Shown: positions 18,030 through 27,383 of the stretch, one piece after another
How the letters are laid out: each line of letters starts with the position of its first letter
Numbering within the stretch: the stretch's first letter is position 1
DNA from: a virus
Taxonomy: Duplodnaviria; Caudoviricetes
Virus record (IMG/VR): IMGVR_UViG_3300021378_000015
Location: 1 to 64,000 of that record
Reading direction: 5' to 3' (one strand)
Length of the DNA: 64,000 bases
Notes under the pieces: generated by a model
What the model saw: the letters and a program-made list of their open reading frames with translations, nothing else
Databases searched by the model: none
Told to the model about the DNA's origin: nothing
Translations under genes and position numbers: made by a program

Positions 18030-20282
18030 ATGGTCATTGTATTCCACGCAGGATATTATGCAAGTGCCTGGAACCCCTATTATAACTCAGAAGGAATAGG
18101 AGGAACCGAGCAATGTATAATGGGGTTATCAAGGTCACTGGCTATACAAGGGCATAGTGTTTTTGTAGTAGGCCAGGTCAAGCCTGTTTCTGATAAATAC
18201 CCCAACAGCGGATCCCTTAATTATGTAGATCTAAAAAACATAAGTGAGATCCCAGAGATAGATATACTTATCGGTGTATCATATATCCACTACTTAAAAT
18301 ACTATAATCTAAAGCCACAGACTAAGAAGATATTCTGGTTACACAATGAACATCCTCACTATTGGTACAAGGGCCAGCGTATGTCTGACGCAGATATAAA
18401 AGATGCTTATCTAAACACGGACACAATTGTTTGTCTTACCAATTGGCATAAAGAATACTTTATAAAGAATGAAGCCCCGGATCATTTATCAGTAGATAAA
18501 GTAGAGGTGATTGGCAATGGCCTTGATACATCGCTGTTTGAGCCTGTCATCACTAAGAAAAAAGATTCTTACATATACACATCTCATCCAGAACGAGGAC
18601 TTGATGCAGTAATCAGTGATATTGAAAAAGGATACCTTGATGGGACTCTCGATATATGTACACCTGCTTATGGTTTGGAGTACTACAATAAAAACTTTTC
18701 CGAGCGTGTATCTAAATTAGAAGGTGTTACTTTTCATGGTAGTCTCTCTAATAAAGAGTTGTATAAACTAATGTCTAAGTGTGAGAGTTGGTATTACCCT
18801 ACTACATACAATGAAACTTATTGTTTAACAGCGATTGAAATGTTGGGACACCATGTAAGACCTTTGGTCAATCCTATTGCTGGGCTTAAAGAAACTTTAA
18901 ATAAGTTTAGCAAACATATAACAGATTGGTCTAAGGTTGATGAATACGTTAACTCTCGTGACTGGAAGTTAGTAGCAAAAGAATGGGAAATTTTATTTAA
19001 TAAAAAGGAAAGCCTTATGATTCAAAAAGTCTATGTAATATCTATGGACACCTCTGACAAAAAGTTAAAAGAGTATACAGGTAGACTAAAGGAAGCGGGT
19101 ATTGATTGTGACGTAGTGATAGTGCCAGGTGTAGACGCAAGATCTTTTAAAGATTATAAATGGTCTCCACATGATTCATGGGCTATGAACAGTGATAATA
19201 AATGGTGGAACCAACCGGTAACAGTCGGTGAGATGGGCTGTGGTTTAGCACATTTAAATACCTGGAAGAAAATTGTAGAGGATCAAACAGAGATTGCTTT
19301 AATATGTGAGGAAGATTTCTTCTTTAAAGGCAAGATAGATTATTCAATTATTCCTGATCCAAGTACATGGGACATGCTTTACTTAGGGCGCAGAGCAATG
19401 GCTCCAGATAGAGATGATTACGGGGATATTGTAGTCCCTGGATACTCTTATAACTTGCATGCGTATATGGTTACCCAGGCAGGTGCATTATCTTTTACTC
19501 AGCATAACTTCCAGGAGTATATAACAGCGGCAGATGAATTTATTCCTGCTACTTATTGTGTCCATCCAAGAGGTGATTGGGACTGGGTAACAAGAGATAC
19601 TCGTGCACTTGCGCTAAAAGAAGATATTGCTTTTCAGTCATCTAATGACAACACAAGTAGAACCCAGTCTACTGTTCACGAAGAGATTTTTAAATCTGGC
19701 AAATGGCCTGAATGGGTTGATAAATGGATTCATCCTGCTGCTAAGACAAAGGCTTGGGACATGATATTTGAAGAGCCTATACAAGATGTTATATCATATC
19801 CTTTGTTTACAGAAGAGTTTTGCAAATTGCTTATAGATGAGGCAGAGCAGAAGGCTTTATGGCAAACTAAAAGACATGAATTTTATCCAACAGTGGATAC
19901 ATTAATATCTTCATTTGGGTACGACGAAATATACAAGCGTGTTCTAAAAGAGTTTGTTTTTCCGGCGGCGATAACCAGGTGGCACCTTCACGGTAAAGCA
20001 TGGATAAATATGGATAGTGAAAACTTCATGATTAAATACACTACAGATACACAGGGTCACTTAGATCTGCATCATGACAACGCTGTTATTAGTTCGGTGC
20101 TAACTTTAAACAAAGACTATACAGGGGGAGGTACATATTTCTATAATCAAAAACAAACACACGTAGGAGATGTGGGGCATATTGCTGTTCATCCTGGGCA
20201 AGTAACACATAGGCATGGTGGAAGACCAGTACACAGTGGTAAGAGATATATACTTGTCTCGTTTTGTAATAAACAAAACTAA
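18030..20282 (+). CDS. Trifunctional GT4-like glycosyltransferase / GT25 (COLGALT-like) / PLOD-like lysyl hydroxylase
   Basis: GIGGTEQ..WLHN..IGNG..YTSHPERGL..ETYCLTAIEM (GT-B); GVDA..GEMGCGLAH..EEDF..WDMLYLGR..AYMVT..DEFIP (GT25); NFMIKY..HHD..DYTGGGT.F..HPGQVTHRHGG..RYILVSF (PLOD). Confidence 0.88.
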   Translation: MVIVFHAGYYASAWNPYYNSEGIGGTEQCIMGLSRSLAIQGHSVFVVGQVKPVSDKYPNSGSLNYVDLKNISEIPEIDILIGVSYIHYLKYYNLKPQTKKIFWLHNEHPHYWYKGQRMSDADIKDAYLNTDTIVCLTNWHKEYFIKNEAPDHLSVDKVEVIGNGLDTSLFEPVITKKKDSYIYTSHPERGLDAVISDIEKGYLDGTLDICTPAYGLEYYNKNFSERVSKLEGVTFHGSLSNKELYKLMSKCESWYYPTTYNETYCLTAIEMLGHHVRPLVNPIAGLKETLNKFSKHITDWSKVDEYVNSRDWKLVAKEWEILFNKKESLMIQKVYVISMDTSDKKLKEYTGRLKEAGIDCDVVIVPGVDARSFKDYKWSPHDSWAMNSDNKWWNQPVTVGEMGCGLAHLNTWKKIVEDQTEIALICEEDFFFKGKIDYSIIPDPSTWDMLYLGRRAMAPDRDDYGDIVVPGYSYNLHAYMVTQAGALSFTQHNFQEYITAADEFIPATYCVHPRGDWDWVTRDTRALALKEDIAFQSSNDNTSRTQSTVHEEIFKSGKWPEWVDKWIHPAAKTKAWDMIFEEPIQDVISYPLFTEEFCKLLIDEAEQKALWQTKRHEFYPTVDTLISSFGYDEIYKRVLKEFVFPAAITRWHLHGKAWINMDSENFMIKYTTDTQGHLDLHHDNAVISSVLTLNKDYTGGGTYFYNQKQTHVGDVGHIAVHPGQVTHRHGGRPVHSGKRYILVSFCNKQN

Positions 20283-20869
20283 TGGTATATCATAATCATA
20301 AATTAGTTTTCATAGCAGTACCAAAGTGTATGACAACTTCGATCCACAGAGAATTGAGGACTCAAGAAGAGATTGATAACAGACATGGTCATAAGCATTA
20401 CACATTCTTTGACCTAACAGAGGAATACAGCAATAAAATGCTTTCTGAATATACATCCTTTACTATTGTACGTAACCCCTATGATCGAATATGGTCCGCG
20501 TGGAAACATAATTTTTTAAGACAGCAGACTATAGAGGAGCCAAACATGATTGAAAGGTTTCAAGATTATATTAAAACAGATTTGCTACTACAATTTAAGA
20601 AAGATGATTATGACCGTATACATTTTGTACCACAGGTAGACTTCTTGTATCTAATGCGGAGGCACAAACTTGTAGATCATATTTTTAAATACGAGACATT
20701 TGCTAATGATTGGTTACTGTTCAGGGAGAATCATAACAAGAAACTACCAGAGAAATTTGTCCGCGTAAACTATACAGCGAAAACAGATCAAGATCCATAC
20801 GACAATGAATCAAGAGAGATTATAAAAAAAATATATGAAGACGATTTCAGACTCTTTAATTATTTATAA
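20282..20869 (+). CDS. Sulfotransferase family 2 (carbohydrate sulfotransferase-like)
   Basis: FIAVPKCMTTS 5'-PSB, VRNPYDRIWSAW 3'-PB, HFVPQ, YEDDFRLFNY; TAATG-coupled. Confidence 0.87.
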   Translation: MVYHNHKLVFIAVPKCMTTSIHRELRTQEEIDNRHGHKHYTFFDLTEEYSNKMLSEYTSFTIVRNPYDRIWSAWKHNFLRQQTIEEPNMIERFQDYIKTDLLLQFKKDDYDRIHFVPQVDFLYLMRRHKLVDHIFKYETFANDWLLFRENHNKKLPEKFVRVNYTAKTDQDPYDNESREIIKKIYEDDFRLFNYL

Positions 20870-20871
20870 AA

Positions 20872-21015
20872 ATGAGACACTTCTTAGATCTAACTACAGA
20901 TCAATTAAAATTATTACATGAGATGATTTCTTCTCGTCGTCTTGAAAGTAATGAGGTTTTAGAACTTATTGAGAAAATTGAGATACACCTCGCTATACCC
21001 GGCATAAAACGATAA
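20872..21015 (+). CDS. Small hypothetical protein (47 aa, not in ORF track)
   Basis: MRHFLDLTTDQLKLLHEM..; fills the intergenic gap exactly. Confidence 0.55.
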   Translation: MRHFLDLTTDQLKLLHEMISSRRLESNEVLELIEKIEIHLAIPGIKR

Positions 21016-21031
21016 TACTTATATTTGCTTT

Positions 21032-21325
21032 ATGGCAGAAAGTAAGTACGGCAACATACTAAAACGATATAGACTCAAGGGTTTTAATCAACCTAAGCGG
21101 ACTCCAGATCATCCTAAAAAGTCACATATTGTAGCGGCTAAAGAAGGCGACAAGGTTAAGATTATTCGCTTTGGAGAGCAAGGAGCATCAACAGCGGGTA
21201 AGCCAAAGGCAGGTGAATCTGACAAGATGAAAAAGAAACGTGCTTCCTTTAAAGCCCGTCACGCCAAGAACATTAAGAAGGGTAAATTCTCTGCTGCGTA
21301 CTGGGCCAATAAAGTAAAGTGGTAA
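21032..21325 (+). CDS. Small basic protein (DUF6321-like)
   Basis: KSHIVAAK.GDKVKIIRFGEQG..RASFKARH..SAAYWA; TATATTTG 4 nt before ATG. Confidence 0.75.
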   Translation: MAESKYGNILKRYRLKGFNQPKRTPDHPKKSHIVAAKEGDKVKIIRFGEQGASTAGKPKAGESDKMKKKRASFKARHAKNIKKGKFSAAYWANKVKW

Positions 21326-21507
21326 TGGCTAAGAAGTACAAATCAAAAGTAAATCAATCAGGAAACTATACTAAGCCAGGGATGCGTAAGCGTTTGTTTA
21401 AAAGAATTATGGCTGGTACTAAAGGTGGTAAAGCAGGGCAGTGGTCTGCTCGTAAAGCACAGATGTTAGCGAAAGCCTATAAAGCCGCAGGGGGCGGATA
21501 CAAATAA
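21325..21507 (+). CDS. Small basic protein (DUF5872-like N part)
   Basis: YTKPGMRKRL..GGKAGQWSARKAQMLAKAYKAAGGGY. Confidence 0.75.
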   Translation: MAKKYKSKVNQSGNYTKPGMRKRLFKRIMAGTKGGKAGQWSARKAQMLAKAYKAAGGGYK

Positions 21508-21752
21508 TGCCAGGTTTAAAAAAAGCACAAGAGTCCCTAAGAAAATGGACTAAACAAAAGTGGCGTACTAAATCAGGTAAGGCCTCATCTAAGACAGGAG
21601 AGCGTTACCTACCTACAGCGGCAATTGCTGCGCTTTCAGATGAAGAATATAATGCTACTTCAAGAGCGAAAAGGGAGGGTACAAAAGAAGGAAAGCAATA
21701 TGTTCCTCAACCCAAAGCCGTTAAAAAGAAGACTAAGGTTTACCGAGCATAG
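21507..21752 (+). CDS. Small basic protein (DUF5872-like C part)
   Basis: SLRKWTKQKWRTK..GERYLP..KQYVPQP. Confidence 0.75.
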   Translation: MPGLKKAQESLRKWTKQKWRTKSGKASSKTGERYLPTAAIAALSDEEYNATSRAKREGTKEGKQYVPQPKAVKKKTKVYRA

Positions 21753-21891
21753 ACACACAACGATCTATAATCTTAGCGTATAACTCAGACTTTTCTTTTG
21801 TTCTCATCATGTTGCTTGCAGCGTAGTCAGCAATATTTGTCAACACACATTTACTTTCAACACTGATGTTTGTTTCGTAATTTGTTTTCAT
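21733..21891 (-). CDS. Small hypothetical protein (52 aa, antisense to the late operon)
   Basis: MKTNYETNISVESKCV..; TAAGTTTA element at 21911-21918 on -. Confidence 0.45.
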   Translation of the reverse strand: MKTNYETNISVESKCVLTNIADYAASNMMRTKEKSELYAKIIDRCVSMLGKP

Positions 21892-21957
21892 GATATGAAT
21901 TTCAGTTCCTTAAACTTACATAACATTACTTAAATTTGCAATACTAATCTTATTGAC

Positions 21958-22200
21958 ATGGATGATCGACTAATGAAAATGTACAAAAGTGGGGGACTAC
22001 TCAAGGCTCTACTTAAAGACCCAAGCCAAAGAGAGATGGCTCGCAAGATGCTTGACTCTAACAGCGACTCAGTTGTTGATGGTAACGCTGGAAGAGGTGG
22101 TACTAAGAAGTATAAAGCAGGTGGTAAAGCAGAGAAAGCAACAATGACAATGCTTGGTGCTAAAGCAGGATTTAATCCAGGAGCAAAGGATACTTACTAA
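21958..22200 (+). CDS. Hypothetical protein with two KxYKxGG motifs
   Basis: Own promoter TAAATTTG 21931-21938 and downstream terminator. Confidence 0.75.
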   Translation: MDDRLMKMYKSGGLLKALLKDPSQREMARKMLDSNSDSVVDGNAGRGGTKKYKAGGKAEKATMTMLGAKAGFNPGAKDTY

Positions 22201-22220
22201 ACACCGCTTACACTATATAT

Positions 22221-22256
22221 AAAAAGGGGACTCTTAACAGGGTCCCCTTTTCTTTT
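22221..22256. terminator. Bidirectional intrinsic terminator
   Basis: aaaaaggggac..gtcccctttt. Confidence 0.8.
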
Positions 22257-22348
22257 GGCTACTCCTAACCACAGTAAGTGCCATTGCACTCACTTCCACA
22301 AACATACAGTTTATGTATTAAATTTGCTGTATAAATAAATTAAATAGA

Positions 22349-23497
22349 ATGGAAAAAGTAGAAAGCCAAATGGAGCAGGCTATCCAGGATGCAGGATTCA
22401 CTATTACTGATACCTTCCCCGGAGAGCCACAGACTACAGAAGAGGCACCTGTGCAAGATAATGTGCAAGCGCCTACACCAGAGGTAAGTGCAGAGCCTGC
22501 ACCTACAAATGAAAGTGAGCCGCAACAAGTAGTTGAATCGGCTCAACCAGAAGTACAACAAGAAGTACAACAAGATGTACAACAGGTTGTAGAACAAGAA
22601 ACGGCTCCTGTACAAGAGGAGCAAAGTTCTTTAAATAATGAGAGTGAAGGTTTTGAAAGTTTCTTTCAAGCGTTAACAGGCGAAATGCAGGCAACGCAAG
22701 AAGAACCAACAGAGCCTCAATCTATATCTGAGTCAAGTCTCGACCCACGGATTGCAGTCATTGCTGATTTTGTGGAGAAGACAGGTCGCTCACCTGAAGA
22801 CTGGTTCCGTTACCAGGCATTAGATCCGTCCGAAATGGATGATCGTACTGTTATGCGGGTCCATATGGCAAGTGAGTATCCATCTCTTGGTAATGATGAA
22901 ATTGATTTATTAATCTCATCTAAATACAAGACTGATGAAAATGTTTTCTCTGAAGAAGAAGTTAGACTTTCAAACCTTCAGTTGAAGATTGACGCAGAGA
23001 AGGCCAGACAGAATGTAGGATCATTACGTGAAGCGTATACCCTACCTGCTGAAGGGTCTTCAAATGTTGTTGAAACTGAAAGCCCATTTGATGTGGAATG
23101 GTCTCGGTCGAATGCACAATCATTAACAGAGTTAGGCGAAATTGCCTTTGAACTCCCCGGTGGTCGTGAATTCAATTATGGCGTGAGTACTGATTACCGC
23201 AATGAGTTGGCCAAGGATAACGGCAACATGACTGAGTTCTTTGATAAGTACGTGGATAACACGGGCAACTGGGACCATGATCTTTGGAATATGCACCGTA
23301 CGGTTACTGATAACCTACCGAATATCCTACAGAGCATTTACCAGCAAGGTATGAGTGACGGACAACGCAATGTCGTTGAGAAGGCAGCGAATATTGACGC
23401 CAGTAATCCTACTGCTAATCCAGAGCAAAGTCAAAGAGATTCTGTTGCCCAACAGGTACTTGATGCTTTGGGACGGCAACAAACATTTTTAAAATAA
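22349..23497 (+). CDS. Capsid scaffolding protein
   Basis: Acidic, disordered N-terminus, directly before the capsid gene; promoter TAAATTTG 22319-22326. Confidence 0.7.
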   Translation: MEKVESQMEQAIQDAGFTITDTFPGEPQTTEEAPVQDNVQAPTPEVSAEPAPTNESEPQQVVESAQPEVQQEVQQDVQQVVEQETAPVQEEQSSLNNESEGFESFFQALTGEMQATQEEPTEPQSISESSLDPRIAVIADFVEKTGRSPEDWFRYQALDPSEMDDRTVMRVHMASEYPSLGNDEIDLLISSKYKTDENVFSEEEVRLSNLQLKIDAEKARQNVGSLREAYTLPAEGSSNVVETESPFDVEWSRSNAQSLTELGEIAFELPGGREFNYGVSTDYRNELAKDNGNMTEFFDKYVDNTGNWDHDLWNMHRTVTDNLPNILQSIYQQGMSDGQRNVVEKAANIDASNPTANPEQSQRDSVAQQVLDALGRQQTFLK

Positions 23498-23517
23498 CGC
23501 TATAAAAACAAAATAAC

Positions 23518-24900
23518 ATGGCAACATCTTCAGCACCTCCGGTGTTTAATGACAACAAGGCTGCGGTATTCCGTCGTCTTGACCCAGCGAAATACACTTC
23601 ATTGGGTGACTTTATTGACGAAATCAATGCTCCTGACAATCGTGATCAGTTGGTTAAAACTTATGGTTACCAGCAAATCTCAGGTGGTTTAACGGGGTTC
23701 CTAAACCTTACAGGCGCCGTACGCGCAAGCGGTACCGCCGATGAGGTTCAATACTGGGAAGAAACTCGTCTACACTCTTACGCAACTGTAAACCCAACGG
23801 CAACAGCGGCTTCTACTGCAACTACATTAGTAGTGAAGAAAGCAACTGCTGACGCTAACGTATTGCGTTTAAACGATGTAATCTTATGGAATGGTGAGCA
23901 CCGCATGATGGTTACTGCTATCTCTCCAACTGGTGAGATCGGTCACAATGCAACTGCTGACTATACTCTTGAGTCTTTAAGTGGTAACATCGGCGCTACT
24001 GCTGCTACTACTGCTGTTAACCTACCAGTGATTGGTAACTTGTTTGCACAAGGATCTGATCAAAACACTGGTTACTTGGAGTCAAACGTAATCAAGCGTA
24101 CAAACGCTTACAACATCATCAAAGAGGTGTTTAAGGTTACAGGTTCTCAAGCAACTAACATTGGTTGGGTTAATGTAGGTAACGGCGATTACCGTTGGTA
24201 CGTAAAAGGAGAGATGGACACTCGTGCTCGTTTCCTCGATAAGCGTGAAATGATGTTATTGTTAGGTGAGACAATCACTAACACATTGACAACTACAAAT
24301 ATCGGTGGTACACCAACAGCAGGACAAGGTTACTTCGCTGCTATTGAGAATCGTGGTATTGTACAGAATGGCCAGATCGATGACTTCACTGAAATGGATG
24401 TATTGATCTCAGAACTTGACAAGCAAGGTGCAGCACCAGAGTACGCTATGTACGTGAATACTGCTCAGGCTTTGGCAATTGATGACATGGTTGCTTCATT
24501 GAACGGCGCTGCTGGTTTCACTGATGTAACTTCTGGTATCGGTGCATTCGGTGGACGTGGATCAGAACTTGGCTTCGATTCATTCAAGCGTGGTGGATAC
24601 ACATTCCACAAGCACTCTTGGAAGTTATTGAACGACCCAACATTGTTGGCTGGTTCTGATTACTTAGGAGCAATGATTCCGTTGACTACTGTAGTTGATC
24701 CTAAGACCGGTGATCGTGCCGCTGCTTTGGAATTGAACTACAAGGACACTAACGGATACTCTCGTGAAATGGAGCACTGGATGACAGGTTCTATCTTAGG
24801 TGTGAATAACACCAACACAGATAGCCTACAGTTCAACTACCGTTCTGAGTGTGCATTGGTTACTCGTGCAGCAAACCAACACATCCTTATCAAGTCATAA
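23518..24900 (+). CDS. Major capsid protein
   Basis: 460 aa, strongly biased codons, WEETRLH and GFDSFKRGGYTFHK, followed by a terminator. Confidence 0.85.
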   Translation: MATSSAPPVFNDNKAAVFRRLDPAKYTSLGDFIDEINAPDNRDQLVKTYGYQQISGGLTGFLNLTGAVRASGTADEVQYWEETRLHSYATVNPTATAASTATTLVVKKATADANVLRLNDVILWNGEHRMMVTAISPTGEIGHNATADYTLESLSGNIGATAATTAVNLPVIGNLFAQGSDQNTGYLESNVIKRTNAYNIIKEVFKVTGSQATNIGWVNVGNGDYRWYVKGEMDTRARFLDKREMMLLLGETITNTLTTTNIGGTPTAGQGYFAAIENRGIVQNGQIDDFTEMDVLISELDKQGAAPEYAMYVNTAQALAIDDMVASLNGAAGFTDVTSGIGAFGGRGSELGFDSFKRGGYTFHKHSWKLLNDPTLLAGSDYLGAMIPLTTVVDPKTGDRAAALELNYKDTNGYSREMEHWMTGSILGVNNTNTDSLQFNYRSECALVTRAANQHILIKS

Positions 24901-24915
24901 GGATAATGATTTCTG

Positions 24916-24942
24916 GAGAGGGGCTTTGCCCCTCTCTTTTTT
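24916..24942 (+). terminator. Intrinsic terminator
   Basis: gagaggggc-ttt-gcccctctc-tttttt. Confidence 0.85.
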
Positions 24943-24962
24943 AATTTTTTAATTCTATTCAA

Positions 24963-25769
24963 ATGTCAACTACAACAAAGGCTGCTCCCAAGGCGGCAGC
25001 AAAAAAAACACCTGCGCCTAAAAAAGGCTACAGCGTAATCAAAAAAGATGCGGCTCCAGAAACCACTAAGGTTTTTGAAATTCCAAAAGGAGGCGGTATC
25101 GTTTCAAAAATAAAATCAGAGGTAAGTGTATACGATCCAGAAACAAATCAGGTTCGTAGTATACGTTATTGTCCTGGAGAACCAAGTGTATTCCGTGATC
25201 AACAGAACGAAAAGTCTCGTCGAGAACACGTCATATTCAGAGATGGTCTATTGGCTGTTCCGTATAATAAACCAAACCTTGCTAAGTTTCTTGAACTACA
25301 CCCCAGTAATATAGCAAACGGCGGTAAGTTGTTTAAGATTGTAGACAACAGTAGAGATTCTGAAGAAGTGGTTAACAGCGAGTTCTTGACTCATGATGCT
25401 GTTTCCCTTGTTCGTACAAAAGGTTCTGATGAGATATTAGCAGTTGCTTTATCTTTAGGAATCAACATTGAACAACAAATGATTGATATCCGTAGAGAGA
25501 TGTTACGCGAAGCAAAAAGCAGCCCCGCTACTTTTATTGCTATGTTTGATGATCCACGCGTTAAGACTCGATCAGCAGTTATTCAATCAAATGATTTTCA
25601 AATCATATCGTGTAAGCCTGACGGAGTATACTGGTTTGACAGTGGTAGATTAATTATATCTGTTCCTGCTGGTCAAGATCCAAAAGACATGATGGTTCGT
25701 TTTTGTCTTACCGAAAAAGGAGCGTCTGTATACGATGAACTAATATCTCGATTAGAAAAACTTTCGTAG
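24963..25769 (+). CDS. Conserved phage protein
   Basis: RSIRYC..SVF.DQQ..IFRDGLL.VP; follows the capsid gene. Confidence 0.75.
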   Translation: MSTTTKAAPKAAAKKTPAPKKGYSVIKKDAAPETTKVFEIPKGGGIVSKIKSEVSVYDPETNQVRSIRYCPGEPSVFRDQQNEKSRREHVIFRDGLLAVPYNKPNLAKFLELHPSNIANGGKLFKIVDNSRDSEEVVNSEFLTHDAVSLVRTKGSDEILAVALSLGINIEQQMIDIRREMLREAKSSPATFIAMFDDPRVKTRSAVIQSNDFQIISCKPDGVYWFDSGRLIISVPAGQDPKDMMVRFCLTEKGASVYDELISRLEKLS

Positions 25770-25820
25770 ATTTACAGTACATTATTCGTATATGTGTTCT
25801 GTTAAACACATGTAAGCAGT

Positions 25821-25850
25821 AGAGGGGGTCCCGTAAGACCCCCTCTTTTT
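25821..25850 (+). terminator. Intrinsic terminator
   Basis: agagggggtc-ccgtaa-gaccccctct-tttt. Confidence 0.85.
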
Positions 25851-25884
25851 ATTTCGTATATTTGCTGTAAAGCCAAAAACTATT

Positions 25885-26637
25885 ATGGCAAGTGTAGAAA
25901 GAGTTTACAAAGCAGTTAGAGACATAGCCAACAAAGACCAAAGAGGTTTTGTTACGCCGGCAATTTTCAATGAGTTCGCAGGCATGGCACAGATGAATGT
26001 ATTCAATAGTTTGTTTGAAGAAATGACTATGGCTAATAGATTACGTCGTAGTGCATTGGACGGGTCTCGTCAGTTTGCGCGTGCTAAACAGATAGAAGAA
26101 GATCTGTCTACATTCTCTAAGAAGTCAGAGTTGACTTTAACTTCTGGAGTAGTGGATAAGCCTTCTGATTTTGCTCGTGCAATTTCAATATCAACTATTG
26201 GCAAAATGATACTGGGTGTTCAACAACAGTCTCTTGTGCAGATGTGCTACAATGAAGATCATATTGATAGAATACTAAACAGCGATTTATCAGCACCTTC
26301 AGATGATGCCCCTGTTGCATTGATTGCAAATCAGATAGAGATATTCCCTAATGTAAATACAAGCATAAATAAAATCAACCTTCGGTACTTTAAGTTGCCT
26401 CAAGGTATTGTCCCAACGACAGGAGCAAAAACAACAGCGTCTCCTAAGTTTGGTTATTCCTCTTCTGTAGCAGGTGTTGAATTATATCTTGCCGCAAACA
26501 GTGTAGACTTTGAATTACCTGAGCAATACTTTGGTGAGTTGGTTAACGAGATTGCTTTACTTATAGGTGTAAACCTTCGTGATGCGAATGTATACAATTA
26601 CTCTAATTCAGAGATAACGAAACAAGAGAATAGATAA
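25885..26637 (+). CDS. Putative tail adaptor or ring protein
   Basis: ANKDQRGFVTP..FN..AQ, DFELPE; position; promoter TATATTTG 25857-25864. Confidence 0.65.
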   Translation: MASVERVYKAVRDIANKDQRGFVTPAIFNEFAGMAQMNVFNSLFEEMTMANRLRRSALDGSRQFARAKQIEEDLSTFSKKSELTLTSGVVDKPSDFARAISISTIGKMILGVQQQSLVQMCYNEDHIDRILNSDLSAPSDDAPVALIANQIEIFPNVNTSINKINLRYFKLPQGIVPTTGAKTTASPKFGYSSSVAGVELYLAANSVDFELPEQYFGELVNEIALLIGVNLRDANVYNYSNSEITKQENR

Positions 26638-27380
26638 TGAGTCAGTCATACGTAACAGTAGATAAAGTAGTTAACGACTACACAATGAGTATAGATGCAG
26701 ATGACTATGGGTCTAATGCGTCTGATTATATGTTGCGTCAGTATGCGTTAAGAGGTATCCGTGAATTTGGATTTGACATAGCACATACTATTAAAACAGT
26801 ATTGCTTGATGTTAATCAATCACTGGGTACCGTTGACATGCCGTCTGATTATGTTGACATGGTCAAGATGGGGCAGTTGGGTAATGATGGACTCGTATAT
26901 GTTTTTGCCGAGAACCCTAACATGAATCTTCTTCCTGATCAACCGGCTGATGCTATTCCAGATTACTTACTGGGGTTTGATTCTTATGTGTTCAGAAACT
27001 TTGTTTATGAATCTACAATGGGACGTCTATACGGTCTTGGTGGTGGACAAGGTGCAGGAGAGTATAGAGTCAACTGGGCAGAATGTAGATTTGAGATATC
27101 ATTACTTTCAGATACTACCCAGGTAGTTCTTGAGTATATTTCAGATGCTGCTAAATCAAGTAACCCTTGTGTGCCTGTATACGCAGAAGAAGCGTTACGT
27201 GCTTATATATATTACAAGACAGTACATCGTAAATCAAGTGTACCTGTAAGTGAGAAACAGCGCGCTCGTGCAGAATACTATAACGAACGTCGATTGGCAA
27301 ATGCTCGATTGAAATCGTGGAATAAATTTGATGCGTTAAGCACAAGCAGAAGAAATTTCAAACTAAGTCCTAAAGCATAA
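26637..27380 (+). CDS. Putative tail ring protein
   Basis: MPSDYVDMVK, VVLEYISD, AEEALRAYI; TAATG-coupled. Confidence 0.65.
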   Translation: MSQSYVTVDKVVNDYTMSIDADDYGSNASDYMLRQYALRGIREFGFDIAHTIKTVLLDVNQSLGTVDMPSDYVDMVKMGQLGNDGLVYVFAENPNMNLLPDQPADAIPDYLLGFDSYVFRNFVYESTMGRLYGLGGGQGAGEYRVNWAECRFEISLLSDTTQVVLEYISDAAKSSNPCVPVYAEEALRAYIYYKTVHRKSSVPVSEKQRARAEYYNERRLANARLKSWNKFDALSTSRRNFKLSPKA

Positions 27381-27383
27381 TCA

